A stretch of DNA of 47,172 bases, from positions 1 to 47,172 of the forward strand of contig WELA01003381.1 in the NCBI GenBank assembly GCA_009602735.1. The letters run 5' to 3'. The stretch is from Mesotaenium endlicherianum (taxonomy: Eukaryota). Below the pieces are notes generated by a model. The model saw only the letters and a program-made list of their open reading frames with translations, was not told the origin of the DNA and did no database searches. The translations under genes and the position numbers were made by a program. Of the stretch, positions 34,897 to 46,690 are shown piece by piece (the stretch's first letter is position 1; every line of letters begins with the position of its first letter).

Positions 34897-37800
34897 TCCA
34901 GTCTACTGACTGTGAGGATGCTAGAGATAGTGAGTCGTCACTAGCTGCCCTCGTAGCAAGTATTATGGGTCCTGCTGAACTGGATTCACTATGCATGCCT
35001 GACAACCAGATAAAGGAGACCATCAGCAATATAGACGTCCAGAGAGTGCACACTCTGGATGCTCTTGTTCCACCTGATGTCCAACATTTCTTTGCTAAGT
35101 CAGGAGAACAATGCAAAAGTCAGGAAAGGACAGTCCCCCGTATCCTACTGCATTGCATGATTGCAAGTAGGAAGGTGAGGGCATTTGTTGACGGAGGGGC
35201 GTCACATACTTTTATCCACAAGGACTTAGTTAAGCGGCTAAGGCTGCCTACTGTCACCCAAGGGAATAGAAAAATATTCCTTGGAGATGCCTCAAGTATC
35301 CCGGGAGGAGTTATAACCAAGCCTATTGAGGTCCAGTTAGGTTCTGGCATTGCAGTTCTAACTGAAACGCTTACATTTGAGGTACTCAACACTGGCTTTT
35401 ATGATCTCGTGCTAGGCAGGTCCTGGCTTAATAGACATCAAGCTGAAGTGTGTTGGAGCAGAGGTACAGTTAAAGTGAGAGGAGCCAGTGATGGGCAGAC
35501 TGACTTGGCACCCACCAGTGCTCTTCCTCTTGTCCTGTGTGGATGGCAAATGAAGGAAAAGAAGAGGCTTCCAGAAGGATGCAAGTTGCTGAATGCAATG
35601 GAGTTCGTCAAAAGCTGGAACCAGAAGGAAGGTAGAATGTTCTGTCTGTTGCTAAGAGAGGTACCTCCTCAACCTAAAGAAGTGGTTGAGAAAAAGATAA
35701 GCCCTCCGGAGCACCCTACTGCTGCGAAAATTGTTGCTCAGTACACGGATGTATTTAATATGCCTCCAGGACTACCCCCTAAGCGGGAAGTAGATCATAG
35801 GTTTGATTTATTACCTGGTAGTCAGCCACCCTGGCAACGCCCTTATGGCTTGTCTTATGTGGAGAGCCAGGAGTTGAAAACACAGATTGCAGAGCTTGAG
35901 GAAAATGGTTATATTTCTCCCAGTAAATCACCTTACGGCGCACCCATCCTATTTGTTAAGAAAAAGGATGGCAGTATGCGGATGTGTGTGGATTACAGAG
36001 CTCTGCACAGAATTACAGTAAAGAACAACTATGCCTTACCCAGAGTCAAGGACTTGCTTGATACCCTGTCTGGCGCTAAGGTGTTCAGTAACATAGATTT
36101 CAAGAGTGGTTATCATCACATCAAAAATTGTTGAAGGGGATGAACACAAGACTGCCTTCCGCACACGCTATGGGCACTATGAGTTCAACGTGATGCCATT
36201 TGGACTGACTAATGCTCCTGCTACCTTCATGGGTGCTATGAATGACATTTTCAGACCTTATTTGGATAAGTTTGTGCAAGTTTTCCTGGATGATATTTTA
36301 ATTTTTTCTAAAGATGAAGCTCAGCACACGGAACACTTAACAACTGTCCTGGACACTCTGAGGAAGAATCACTTATATGCTAAAATGAGCAAGTGTGATT
36401 TCTTTAAGGAAAGTATTGAATTCTTAGGCCACGTTGTCAGTAAAGAGGGCATCAGTGTGGATCCTAAGAAAGTCCAGACCAAAAGGGACTGGCCAGTACC
36501 ACAGTCTGTCTCTGAAGTTAGATCCTTCCTCGGGTTGGCTACCTACTATAGGAGAATTATTCCACAAAGGCCAGTAAACTGACTGACCTTACTAAAAAAG
36601 ACATAGGGTATGTGTGGGGGGAAGAGCAGCAAGCTGCCTTCCAAACCCTTGAAGAGGCCCTTTGTTCTGCCCCAGTGCTAGCCGTGTATGACCCCAGCAA
36701 ACCCGTGCAAGTGGTCACTGATGCCTCTAACTTTGCCATGGGTGCTATTTTGTTGCAGCCTGCTGACAAGACCACAAAGGATGGTAAGGTACGGCAGGAG
36801 TGGCACCCTGTGTTGTACGAGTCTATGAAATCCAGCAGAGATAAATTCCTCAGTGCATGATAAGGAGCTGCTAGCTATCATTCATGTGCTCAAACAGTGG
36901 AGAGCATACTTACATGGTAAAGCCTTTAAGGTGATTACAGATCATCTAGCTCTGACCCACTTTCAGAAGAAGTCCAAGCTGTCGAGGAGGGAGAACCGCT
37001 GGAGCCAGATGCTGGAGCAGTTCCAAGTCCAGATCGACTACAAACCAGGGAAGTTGAATCCTGCTGATGCACTCTCTAGAAGACTTGACTTGCAAGAAAG
37101 GAACTTTAGTCAGCATGCTGTAGATAAAGTCCTGTGTGCACTCACTTCACTAAAGGTGAAAAAGCCCTTCCTTGAACAACTTAGGAAAGCCTACCTTTCT
37201 GACCCAATATTTGAGCCCAACCCCACTACTGGTGTGTGTCGTGCTATTGCACTCCAGTATAAGCTCAAGGGAGGGGTCTGGGTGACTGAAACCACTTCAG
37301 GCAGGCTGAAGCTGGCCATTCCTAATAACTTGGAAATAAGGTCTCTTTTATTGAGTCAAGCACATGATAGTTTACTGGGTGGGCATTTGGGGCAGGCCAA
37401 AACTGTTGGCAAACTGGCAAAACATTATCATTGGAAGGGGTTACCCCGGAGGTCTTGAAATATGTGAAGTCCTTTGATCAGTGTCAAAGAAATAAGTCTA
37501 GGCACACACCACCCGGAGGTCTCTTGCAACCACTGCCCATCCCAGCTGGACGCTGGTAAACTATATCCATGGACTGGGTGGTCTCACTACCAAGAACTGC
37601 CAATGGGCAAGATTCAATACTGGTAGTCGTGGATAAACTGACAAAAATGGTCATTTTATCCCCACAACTGTCAAAGTGACTGCACTCGAAACAGCGAGAC
37701 AGTTCTACAACCATGTAGTATGCCAACATGGGCTTCCTTCTAATATCGTCTCAAACAGAGACTCAAAATTCACCTCTAAGTTCTGGAGAGCTTTAATGGG

Positions 37801-38665
37801 GTTAATGGGAGTCCAACAGCTGCTCAGCACAGCAAACCACCCTCAGACTGATAGCCGGACTGAAAGAACTAACCGAGTTTTGCAGGAGGTGCTGAGAGCA
37901 TATATTAACCAAAAACAAGATAATTGGGATGACCTGTTGCCTCAAATTCAGTTTGCGGTCAACAGTGCGGTGCACGCGTCAACGGGCAAGACTCCTTTTG
38001 AACTCAGCCTGGGTAGAGTCCCTAAGTCTCCTTTAGATGTACTGGGGGAGTCTTTAACTGACCCTGAAGGGATTGACAACCCGGTCTCCCTCCAGTTAAC
38101 TCAGGAGTTTGCTGACACCCTGTCAGAAGTCCAACAAAACCTGCACAAAGCCCAAGAAAACCAATAAAAATACGCTAATCAACACCGTCGGCAGCTGACA
38201 TTTTCTAAGGGCAATTTAGTCAAACTGCATTCTTAGCACCTGTACCTCCCTGGTGTGGTCAAGAAAAAGCTTGGCCCTGTCTGGGTTGGTCCATATTCGG
38301 TGGTGCGTCGTGTCGGTCAGAATGCTTACAAACTGAACATGTCAGCTGACTACAAGGGTCACCCGGTCTTTAATGTCTCCTTCTTGGAACCATACATCAA
38401 AGGTGATACACTGTTCACAGGTCGGTTACCTATTCAACCGGGACCGGTCCCTGCTGTCCGAGACAACGATCCTGAGGAGTATGAGGTCGATGAGATTTTA
38501 GACGCTCGCTTGGTCCGTCGATCGTCTAAATATGTCATGAAGTACCTCATCCAATGGAAGGGTTACGATGCCTCTGGGGACACTTGGGAATTTAAAGACC
38601 AGCTGACCAATGCCAAAGGGGCGTTGAAACGGTTCCACCTTCGGGCGGCTGGGGCACCGCCCTAA
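34872..38665 (+). pseudogene. pol: Pol (PR-RT-RH-IN-chromodomain), disrupted
   Basis: [61 protein letters not shown]. Confidence 0.95.
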
Positions 38666-38989
38666 CTGTCCCTTCAGTAGACATGGGAAGGTGACAGGAG
38701 GTCCTGTCTCCATATAAGTTGGAGGGGGATGTGACAGTTAGTGACAGTTGTGACAGGCAGCCCACCTTTAAATTTAAGTTGGAGGGAGTGGTAGTCTCTG
38801 ATCACCATATTACCCACTCAACCTGCGCTCACACTCACTTGCTCTCTAACTCAAATTTCCCTTATATTCACTCACACCAGGTATTCCACACTAGGAACTC
38901 TCCCGATCGCGTTCCTCTTCATCAAGGGCACTCAGTAGCGGCAAAATATCATGACTTCACTAACTGCATTGTGTTTATGATTGAGCAGG

Positions 38990-40597
38990 ATGACTCAAAA
39001 GTCGGAACTCAAGAGGAAGAGAAGGGCGGAAGAGGCACATGCAGAATACTTGCAATTCCGTGGAGACATCGAATCATCTTCCATCTCCGCTCGGGAATCA
39101 CAACGACTTCAACAACAGCGGGAGGCACAGAAGAAGAAGGAGGAGGAGGAACAGGCCAGACTGAGGCAGGAAGAACTGGACAGAAAAGCTGCAGAGGAGG
39201 CCAAGAAAGCAGAGGAGGAGAGGCAAGCTGAGGAGAAGCGGAAGCAGCAGGCTGAGGAAGAGGAACAGAGGAGAATCAGCAGCTACTGCTACACAGTGCT
39301 GGGCAAGGGCTTTGATCTACTGGAGGAGGCCTACAAGTATGCCCAGAGAAGTCGCAGTGAGTCGCAGAAGGAAATCCTCCAGAAGGAAGGGGAGACATCC
39401 GAAAAGTCTGACAAGTATATAGAGGTCGGCACAGGGCTCCTCCTCTACCACGATTACGCCAGGATGGTAGGATATACAATCGGAGAGGCCAAGGCAATGG
39501 CCCAGGTGAACGAAGCAGGAGCTGTCTTGATTCCTGGTATCTGGGGGGAAGATAGGGTCATCAGGATGATCCCCATGGACGCGGACAGCTTCAAGGACTC
39601 AACACCCCACAACAGGTTCAAGGCCATGTACAACGAGGTGGAGAGGAGGAGCTGGGAATTCTTGGCCAGAGAAACCAGTCAGCTGGACTTTGCAGGGCAC
39701 TGGTACCCTTGTACTCTTAAAAAGACAGACGCTGCCTTCTTCCAAAAGCCCACTGATTGGCGGAGGATGACCACCGACATGAGGGACCAGCAGAATGACA
39801 GGGCGACGGATGAGGATTTCCTGACAGACCTAAAGGGGAACATAGTATTGCCCCCTCACATTGCGGCTTGGGACCCAAGATTGGATGGAGTCAGAGACTG
39901 CATGAGTCAAGAGATGCAGGGGGACAGAAGCAGGGCCCAAGAGTCATTCTCCAAAGGGAAGCACGCTTATGCCAAACGGGCAAGTAAGCAGGGGGAAAAG
40001 GACCTCTATGCGGTCCGAACTCAGCAGCCCCCACCAGCACCCAAAAGGGGAAGGTCAGTAGGATCTTCTTTTTCTCGGGAAGAGCTGGAGCAGCTGACAG
40101 AGGAGACCCCAGAAGTCTCAGAGGAACCCCGGGACGGCGAGGAGGAGGAGTTAGAGGAAGACGAGGAGGAAGGCGAGGAGGAGGACACTAGCCCCGCCGT
40201 GATCCTGACACCTGCCACATCCCCTGTAAGGGAGAAGACGGGGTTGGCCCCGCAGCAACTCGCTCAAGAGGAGGATATCACTTGGCTGGGGACTGCCAGA
40301 GGACAGACCCCATCTCCAGGCAAGGAGACCCAGTCAGACAGGGCAGACAGGAGGGCTGCTCGGGAGATAGTCAGAGGCCTGCCAGCATCTCCCTCGCAGA
40401 GAGGGCATGTACCCTTGGCTCATGTCATGCAACATCCTTCTAGGATGCCGGTATACGTACCTGTCAGTTTGAGGGCTCCAGCAGAAGGCTGCCTCCCTCC
40501 AGACTGTGCAGCAGGAAACAGCCCAGTTACTGCGTTCTCCGCGAGGTCCTTACACGGAACCTCCCTCCGTGACAGGCTTCAGAAGACCCCAAGATAG
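38990..40597 (+). CDS. Extra 3' ORF of the chromovirus, unknown function (coiled coil, globular core, acidic tract, disordered tail)
   Basis: Uninterrupted ~535-codon sense ORF between pol and the PPT/3' LTR. Confidence 0.75.
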   Translation: MTQKSELKRKRRAEEAHAEYLQFRGDIESSSISARESQRLQQQREAQKKKEEEEQARLRQEELDRKAAEEAKKAEEERQAEEKRKQQAEEEEQRRISSYCYTVLGKGFDLLEEAYKYAQRSRSESQKEILQKEGETSEKSDKYIEVGTGLLLYHDYARMVGYTIGEAKAMAQVNEAGAVLIPGIWGEDRVIRMIPMDADSFKDSTPHNRFKAMYNEVERRSWEFLARETSQLDFAGHWYPCTLKKTDAAFFQKPTDWRRMTTDMRDQQNDRATDEDFLTDLKGNIVLPPHIAAWDPRLDGVRDCMSQEMQGDRSRAQESFSKGKHAYAKRASKQGEKDLYAVRTQQPPPAPKRGRSVGSSFSREELEQLTEETPEVSEEPRDGEEEELEEDEEEGEEEDTSPAVILTPATSPVREKTGLAPQQLAQEEDITWLGTARGQTPSPGKETQSDRADRRAAREIVRGLPASPSQRGHVPLAHVMQHPSRMPVYVPVSLRAPAEGCLPPDCAAGNSPVTAFSARSLHGTSLRDRLQKTPR

Positions 40598-40720
40598 GAG
40601 GAGGTCTGGCTCCCCTGAGTATAGAGCCTCAGGGACATCTCCCTCCTAATGGCAGTAGGATGGGGCCGGAAGGGACAGCACGCTGTTATTAGTGTTAGTG
40701 TTGTCGAGGCGACAACATGA

Positions 40721-40734
40721 TAAGTTGGAGGGAT
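40721..40734 (+). promoter_or_regulatory. Polypurine tract preceded by an 8-bp hairpin
   Basis: TAAGTTGGAGGGAT then the LTR TG; hairpin TGTTGTCG-AGG-CGACAACA at 40699-40717. Confidence 0.75.
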
Positions 40735-41485
40735 TGTAATGAATCAGTATAAAAGTTGATATAATGTTCATTTAAATATAATAGTTATATAAGTTCAGCC
40801 TGCTGAACTCAAGTTAATAATCAGTCTGCTGGACTTCATATCTAATATCAGTTTAATGACTCGGCCGAAAGCAGCAGGCTGAAGTCAACTTAAGTCAGCT
40901 TGCTGACACATTCTTTGACAGCCAGCTGACTTCCGTACTCGGTAGCAGCNNNNNNNNNNNNNNNNNNNNNNNNNNNNNNNNNNNNNNNNNNNNNNNNNNN
41001 NNNNNNNNNNNNNNNNNNNNNNNNNNNNNNNNNNNNNNNNNNNNNNNNNNNNNNNNNNNNNNNNNNNNNNNNNNNNNNNNNNNNNNNNNNNNNNNNNNNN
41101 NNNNNNNNNNNNNNNNNNNNNNNNNNNNNNNNNNNNNNNNNNNNNNNNNNNNNNNNNNNNNNNNNNNNNNNNNNNNNNNNNNNNNNNNNNNNNNNNNNNN
41201 NNNTATTCGGAAACGAGGCCAACTCTCNNNNNNNNNNNNNNNNNGATCTGAATCCAAGGCGAGAAGCCATTGATACGCACTGTCTTCTAACCTTGCTTAT
41301 GTATGAGTTTACTGATTTGCATCATTGATGCTAGTTTACTCNCATTTGACTGACGAGCATTATTCACTGCTAGTGTGTTGTCCCTTGCCGTTAAACCAGT
41401 TAACGGAAATACCATAAAGACTACTTGCTGATATAAAGATCTTTATTAATTGTTAATCGCCTATTTGGTAAGTCGATTCATTTCA
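40735..41485 (+). repeat. 3' LTR (L1), containing assembly gap 40950-41203
   Basis: TGTAATGAATC...GATTCATTTCA. Confidence 0.9.
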
Positions 41486-44400
41486 CGCTCTAGACGAGCG
41501 GCCCGGCGGCATCGTCCTCGTCGAGCTCTTCGCCGGCATTGCCACCGGGTTACTCGCGACCTTACAGGCCGGCATCCCGGTGCGCCGCTACGTCTACGTC
41601 GATCCCGATCCTGAGGCCCAGCAAGTGGCCCGTCGGCAGATGGCGTTGGGTCACGAGCGATTCCCTGACCTCCTTCCGCCGCGCTCAGACAGACTGGCCC
41701 ATGGACATCCGCGACATCACCGTTGAGCATGTCCCTTGACTTGGGCCCATTGACCTCGTCATCGCCGGTTGGGAGTGCCAGGGCTTCTCCAGAGCCGAGC
41801 GTGGCAGGGGGCTCAGCGATCCCCGCACGGCCCTCTTCTGGCACTTGCTCCGCGTCCTCAACATTGTTGAGGATCGCGAGCCGCCACACACACTCGCGTG
41901 GGGCCTAGAGAACGTGGCCGCGCGCCACGATCGCCGACCCGAGGTTAGCGCCGACTTCGCTCTTTGCAGCAGCTACGTCGGCCGCGAGGCCGTCATCGAC
42001 GCTGCCCAGATTGGTTCCTTCGCGCACCGCGTCCGCGCCTACTTCACAAACCTGGCGATGCCAGTTACTCTCGAGGCGTTGGCCGCCTCTCATCCACGTC
42101 ACGCACGCACCGTCGACTCCATCCTTGATGCCCCGTGTCTGGCCCAGCGGGTGACTGCACTACCGCACCACTCCATGGCGCAGTATGAGGTCCTGCATGA
42201 CGTCCCTCGCGCGCTGCCAACTTTTGTCAGCCGCTACGACAGCGACGCCTTCGTCGGAGATCAGCGCGGGATGGTCATCGACTTGGAGACTGGCATGTTT
42301 GACAGGCCGCGCCCTGCGGAGATGGAGCGTGCCATGGACTTCCCGCCGCATCTCACACAGGTGGACGGTCTCACTGAGGTGAACCGCATTCGCCTCTTGG
42401 GGCAGGCGATTGACGCAAACGTCCTCACGTGGATTCTGCTGCAGACACAAGCCTTGGCACCTCTCTACGCCGCAGCCTGGCATCCCGAGCTGCCTTGGCC
42501 TGCCGATGATATGGACGATGACTCCACCGACGATGACCACCCGGCCCCGCCTGGCCCGACATGGCATCTTCAGCGCGCAGGTCCTGCACCGACGGCGCGC
42601 GCGCGCGCACCCTTCCCACCACCGCGCAGAGAGGACTCTGGTTCGCTAGGGGGGGGCCGGCGGAGAGAGGAGTCCTCACAGCGACCCAGGGAGTCCCGGT
42701 CACCTTTTGTTTTTCCTCGCTCGCAGGCAGATGGTGCCAACAGGCAGCTGGCCGCGGCTGCCACGGAGCAGGTACCCGCGGCAGGCCGAGCGCCAACCGC
42801 TGCATGGCAGGTGACACCTGCAGTCCCACAGTCTACCCCAGCGGCAAGACAAGAGACTGCAGCTGCAGGTCAGGCAACGCCACCAGCTCCATTGACATGG
42901 AAGCTGGGGGGGACACTCACCAAGGCATAGGCTGCACAGTTGACGTCACTGCTGGACGGGAGGCGCAGCACCAGCTTTGCCAGCGGCATGCACGATCTTG
43001 GGCGCTATGGGGGGACCCCATGCGGATTACTCTCACGTTGCAGGAGCCTATTTTCCTGAAGCGTTATCGCTACAGCCACTTCGAGGATGGCTTGAACAGC
43101 GCGCAGACAGGCAAGTTGGAGGACAGCCGGCTCATTCAGGAGTCCTCCTCTCGCTATGCCGCACCCACGGTCATGCCAGCCAAGAAGGATGCCTCGGGCA
43201 ACTGGTCCGAGAAGAGGATGTGCGGTGACTATCGTAGGCTGAACGAGGTCATCGAGCAGGACAGATATCCGATGCCGACGCCTGACGAGATCTTTGACGA
43301 CATTGGCACGTGCACTTGGTTCTCAGTGCTGGATCTGCGTCAGGGCTTCAACCAGATTCCCATCGCCGAGGAGGACCAGCATAAGACGGCATTCAGGGGA
43401 GCACAGCGGCTCTATGAGTGGGTGGTGATGCCGTTCGGATTGAAGAACGCGCCAGCTACCTTTCAGAGGGTGATGGATAAGGAGCTGGTCGGGCTGTCCT
43501 TTGCCCGATGCTACATCGATGACGTGCTCGTCTTCAGTCAGACGTTTGAGGAGCACGTGGCGCAAATCACTGCTGTCCTCGACCGCTTGGAGGCCGCTGG
43601 GCTCAAGTGCCATCCAGGCAAGTGCACTTTTGGAACCCGCGAGGTGGAGTACCTTGGCCACTTGCTCTCCTCCAGCGGCTTGGCACCCCAGCTGGCGAAG
43701 ATCTCGGCCATCACAGGCATCCCACCTCCTACAAATTTCTCGCAGCTGCGGGCCTTCCTCGGCATTGCCAACTACTACCGCCGCTTCGTGCCAGGGTTCA
43801 GCGAGCTAGCCAAGCCGCTCAACGACTTGCTCCGCAAGGGCGTTGCCTACGTGTGGGGACCAGAGCAGCAGGCGGCATTCGATAAGCTCAAGGAGCTGCT
43901 GGTGAGCGCTCCTGTGCTTTGGCGTCCTGACTACGCGAAGCCCTTCATCCTCCACACCGACTGGTCGCAGGCAGGGCTGGGCGCTGTGCTGGTGCAGGAG
44001 CATGACGGCTTCGAGCATGTGGTGGCCTACGCCAGCCGCAGCAACAACCGCGCGGAAGGCAACTACGGCTCCTACGAGGGGGAGTGCCTGGCAGCGGTCT
44101 GGGTGATCGTGCACTTCAGGCACTATCTCTACGGCACGCACTTCTGCCTGGTCACCGATCATCAGCCACTTAAGTGGCTCATGACGTCGGAGCGCTTGAC
44201 CGGCGAGTACGCACGGTGGGCGCTTATCTTGCAGGAATACACCTTTAACGTGCACCACCGTCCAGGCTCGACCAACCTGGACGATGACGGTCTCAGCCGT
44301 AACCCGCTGCCCTCCTCGAGGGATCTCACTGTGGCCCGCCACGATGAGGATGAGCCGGTGGCCTGGCACGCGGCGGCCTTCCTGGCCTTCACCGTGGACG

Positions 44401-44890
44401 ACGATGTGCGTCCCGCAGGGCTCACTAGCCTGGACATGGTCACCGTCACCACTCGGCGATTGGCCCTGGCAGCGGCAGAGGATCAGGACAGCTGGCAGCG
44501 CGGTCCCGAGGACGTGTGGGACGACGCCCCAGTGCTGCAGTACGTCACGGCCAAGGAGTTGGCACCCGATGTCAGCGCACGCGAGCGCGACCGCATCCTC
44601 AGGCGCAGTTGCGACTTCATTTTCATGGAGGGGCGCGTGCGGCGCGTGATGGCAGACGGCTCTGTCCTGGTGGTCCCCGAGCCTGCCATACGCAGTCAGC
44701 TGGTGCGCCGAGTGCACGAGTCCCTCGGGCACTTTGGTGTGAAGCGCACCCTCAGTCTTCTTCAAGCCAAATACTGGTGGCACGGCATGACTAAGGTCGT
44801 CGCCGCTGTCGTCAGCAGCTGCACTCTCTGCGACCGTGTGCGCTCGAGCTTCACAGCGCGCACCGTTGCCCTCAGCCCCCTTCCCCTATC
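41486..44890 (+). mobile_element. DNMT-carrying Ty3/Gypsy element 2 (fragment: DNMT-linker-RT-RH-IN zinc finger), GC-rich
   Basis: KKDASGNWSEKRMCGDYRRLN, CYIDD, LHTDWS, HESLGH...CTLC. Same RT subtype as element 1. Truncated at both ends. Confidence 0.92.
41487..42450 (+). pseudogene. C5 cytosine DNA methyltransferase domain within Pol of element 2
   Basis: Motif I IVLVELFAGIATG, IV IDLVIAGWECQGFS, VI GLENV, VIII HRVRAYFTN, IX RPRPAEMERAMDFP, X RLLGQAIDANV. One frameshift near 41690 and one stop at 41737. Confidence 0.92.
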
Positions 44891-45560
44891 AGGCGAGAGG
44901 CCAGGCGGTATTTCACTTGGAAACACTGACTTGTACTTTTGCAAAAGAGCAGAAAGTTCAGCTGTAAGTGTGTCTTCATGACCAGTCAAATCGAGTGTAA
45001 GCTCCTCCTTGGAGAGCTTAGTGACTGGGGAATTAGGTCGTAGTAATCCAAAGAAAACAATTTGACCTTTCTTTGCCAAACGTCTAGCTTGCTTTATGGA
45101 CAATAGAAGAGTCTTGAAGGGACTTTCTAATTCCATATCGGGCTTTAGGGATTGAAGAGTGATCTTCCTTGTCCCTTTGCGTACAATGCATGTCTTTTGA
45201 CTGAAGTCAAGCAAATGCACTTGTTTGCGTAAACCAAGTTGTTCCCAAAATTGCATCAATACCCTCGGGCAACTTAGTAACATAGAATTGTTCGTGGCCG
45301 ATGTATGATTGCACTTTGAGCTGCAACTTTATCTTTCCAAGAGTACAAGCTAAGGAACCATCGCCAAGTCGAAAGTCCTCGTTCTTGAGTGTTGGAATCA
45401 AATTCATCCTTTGTGCAAAACGTGCACTAATGAAGCTCACCGACGCGCCTGAATCAATGATGGTGAAGCATGACTTGCCTGAAACTTTCGCGTCAAACGT
45501 CATACTTAGCCCCAAAGAAGCATTATGCATCACTAGCAATGTCCTCGCCTTAAGAGGAAT
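44885..45560 (-). pseudogene. Fragment of another Gypsy pol (protease and pre-RT region)
   Basis: FTIIDSGASVSFIS...LGDGS...DAILGTTW; LLQKYKSVFPSEIPPGLSPDRG. Confidence 0.85.
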
Positions 45561-46690
45561 GTGGGAAATATGGAGGTCCTTTACCAAAATCCCATTTTGC
45601 ATTGCCAATCCCGCGCGAAATTGAGTGAAAGGCTCATCGTACGCGCGTCGTTTTGCGAATGCAGCAATATAAATTGGTGCAAGGCACATGTGCATTCTCC
45701 TTAAATGANCACTAGGTCTCCCAAGGAAAAGACCATATATGGTCCAATAATGCACCCCCTAAGTCACACTATATTGAAATAACCACTGAAGCTATGACTA
45801 TGTGTGATAGACCATTAGAGAGCTTACATCACAAAGTATTGCACTGGCCATGTGGCCCGCAATTTTCGGAAAGGTAAGGTGTACTTTTCGTACAATGTGT
45901 GTACGGTAACAAGAAACGAGCAAATAGGGCCAACTTTACCTTCACACACTATGAATTTGGATTTGAACCAATAGTTGTTGATTTAATCTGGGGTAGGCAT
46001 GTGTCTTACCTATCAAATGAAACAAATTTTACTTCATTCTAATCAGTAGCTTTGTGGAGGCACACTCTGTACTTAATGGACCATATGGGGTCCGGGTATT
46101 TTTCGTACTTTTTAGTGCCTCGTGCACCAAAGCTTCACAGTTAATAATTCATAATTTATTCTTTACACATGCAAATAGTAACCTGTAAAGTGGAGCTTGA
46201 AAGTAAGGTTTTACTATACTTGCAAAAAAATATTTATATACAAAATAATGAATTAAAATGATTAAAAATAAATTATTAGTTGCAGAATATCGCAGAATCG
46301 ACAGCTTTGCACACATGAAGCTGAAATGTTTATGGAGCACAATGTCTTTCATATATGTTTCTGTTGCAGTTCCTTTGCTCTATAGTCCTACTTCTTACTG
46401 CTACTCAGCTTGTAGGGACCACTATCTACATATGCTATGTGCCTGTTGGTATGGTACTCCTCAAAGCAAGGCGCGGGGCAAAGCGCTACTCCACACGTTG
46501 CGCACCAATAGCTAGGCCTCACCTTACTCTTCTCATGGCCTAGGTCATACAACTTGCTCCTGCACACTACACATCCTGGTCTAGAGCCTCCTGGAAGGTG
46601 CTCAAGGAAGTGTCTCCCTAGAAACCTGTCAATCCCAGCCCGCCCCGCACTCCAGCGAAAGCGCCTCCCCTTATGTGGATCATGGAAGTC

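Larger units (their letters stand above)
32808..41485 (+). mobile_element. Full-length-looking chromovirus (LTR-PBS-gag-pol-chromodomain-extra ORF-PPT-LTR)
   Basis: L1 LTRs at both ends, tRNA-Met PBS, PPT and all Gypsy domains. TSDs do not match (ATATT vs CGCTC). Confidence 0.9.

Noticed and set aside
12329..38665. Alternative genetic code (TAA/TAG = Gln, as in some ulvophytes) explaining in-frame stops
   Set aside because: Several stops do fall at plausible Gln sites, but others replace Leu/Tyr, TGA replaces Trp, and frameshifts are common. Ordinary deamination-biased decay explains this better.
38990..40597. env gene
   Set aside because: No evident signal peptide or transmembrane helix; the protein is highly charged.
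43806..44783. 325-aa antisense ORF
   Set aside because: Shadow of GC-rich pol coding sequence; no motifs.
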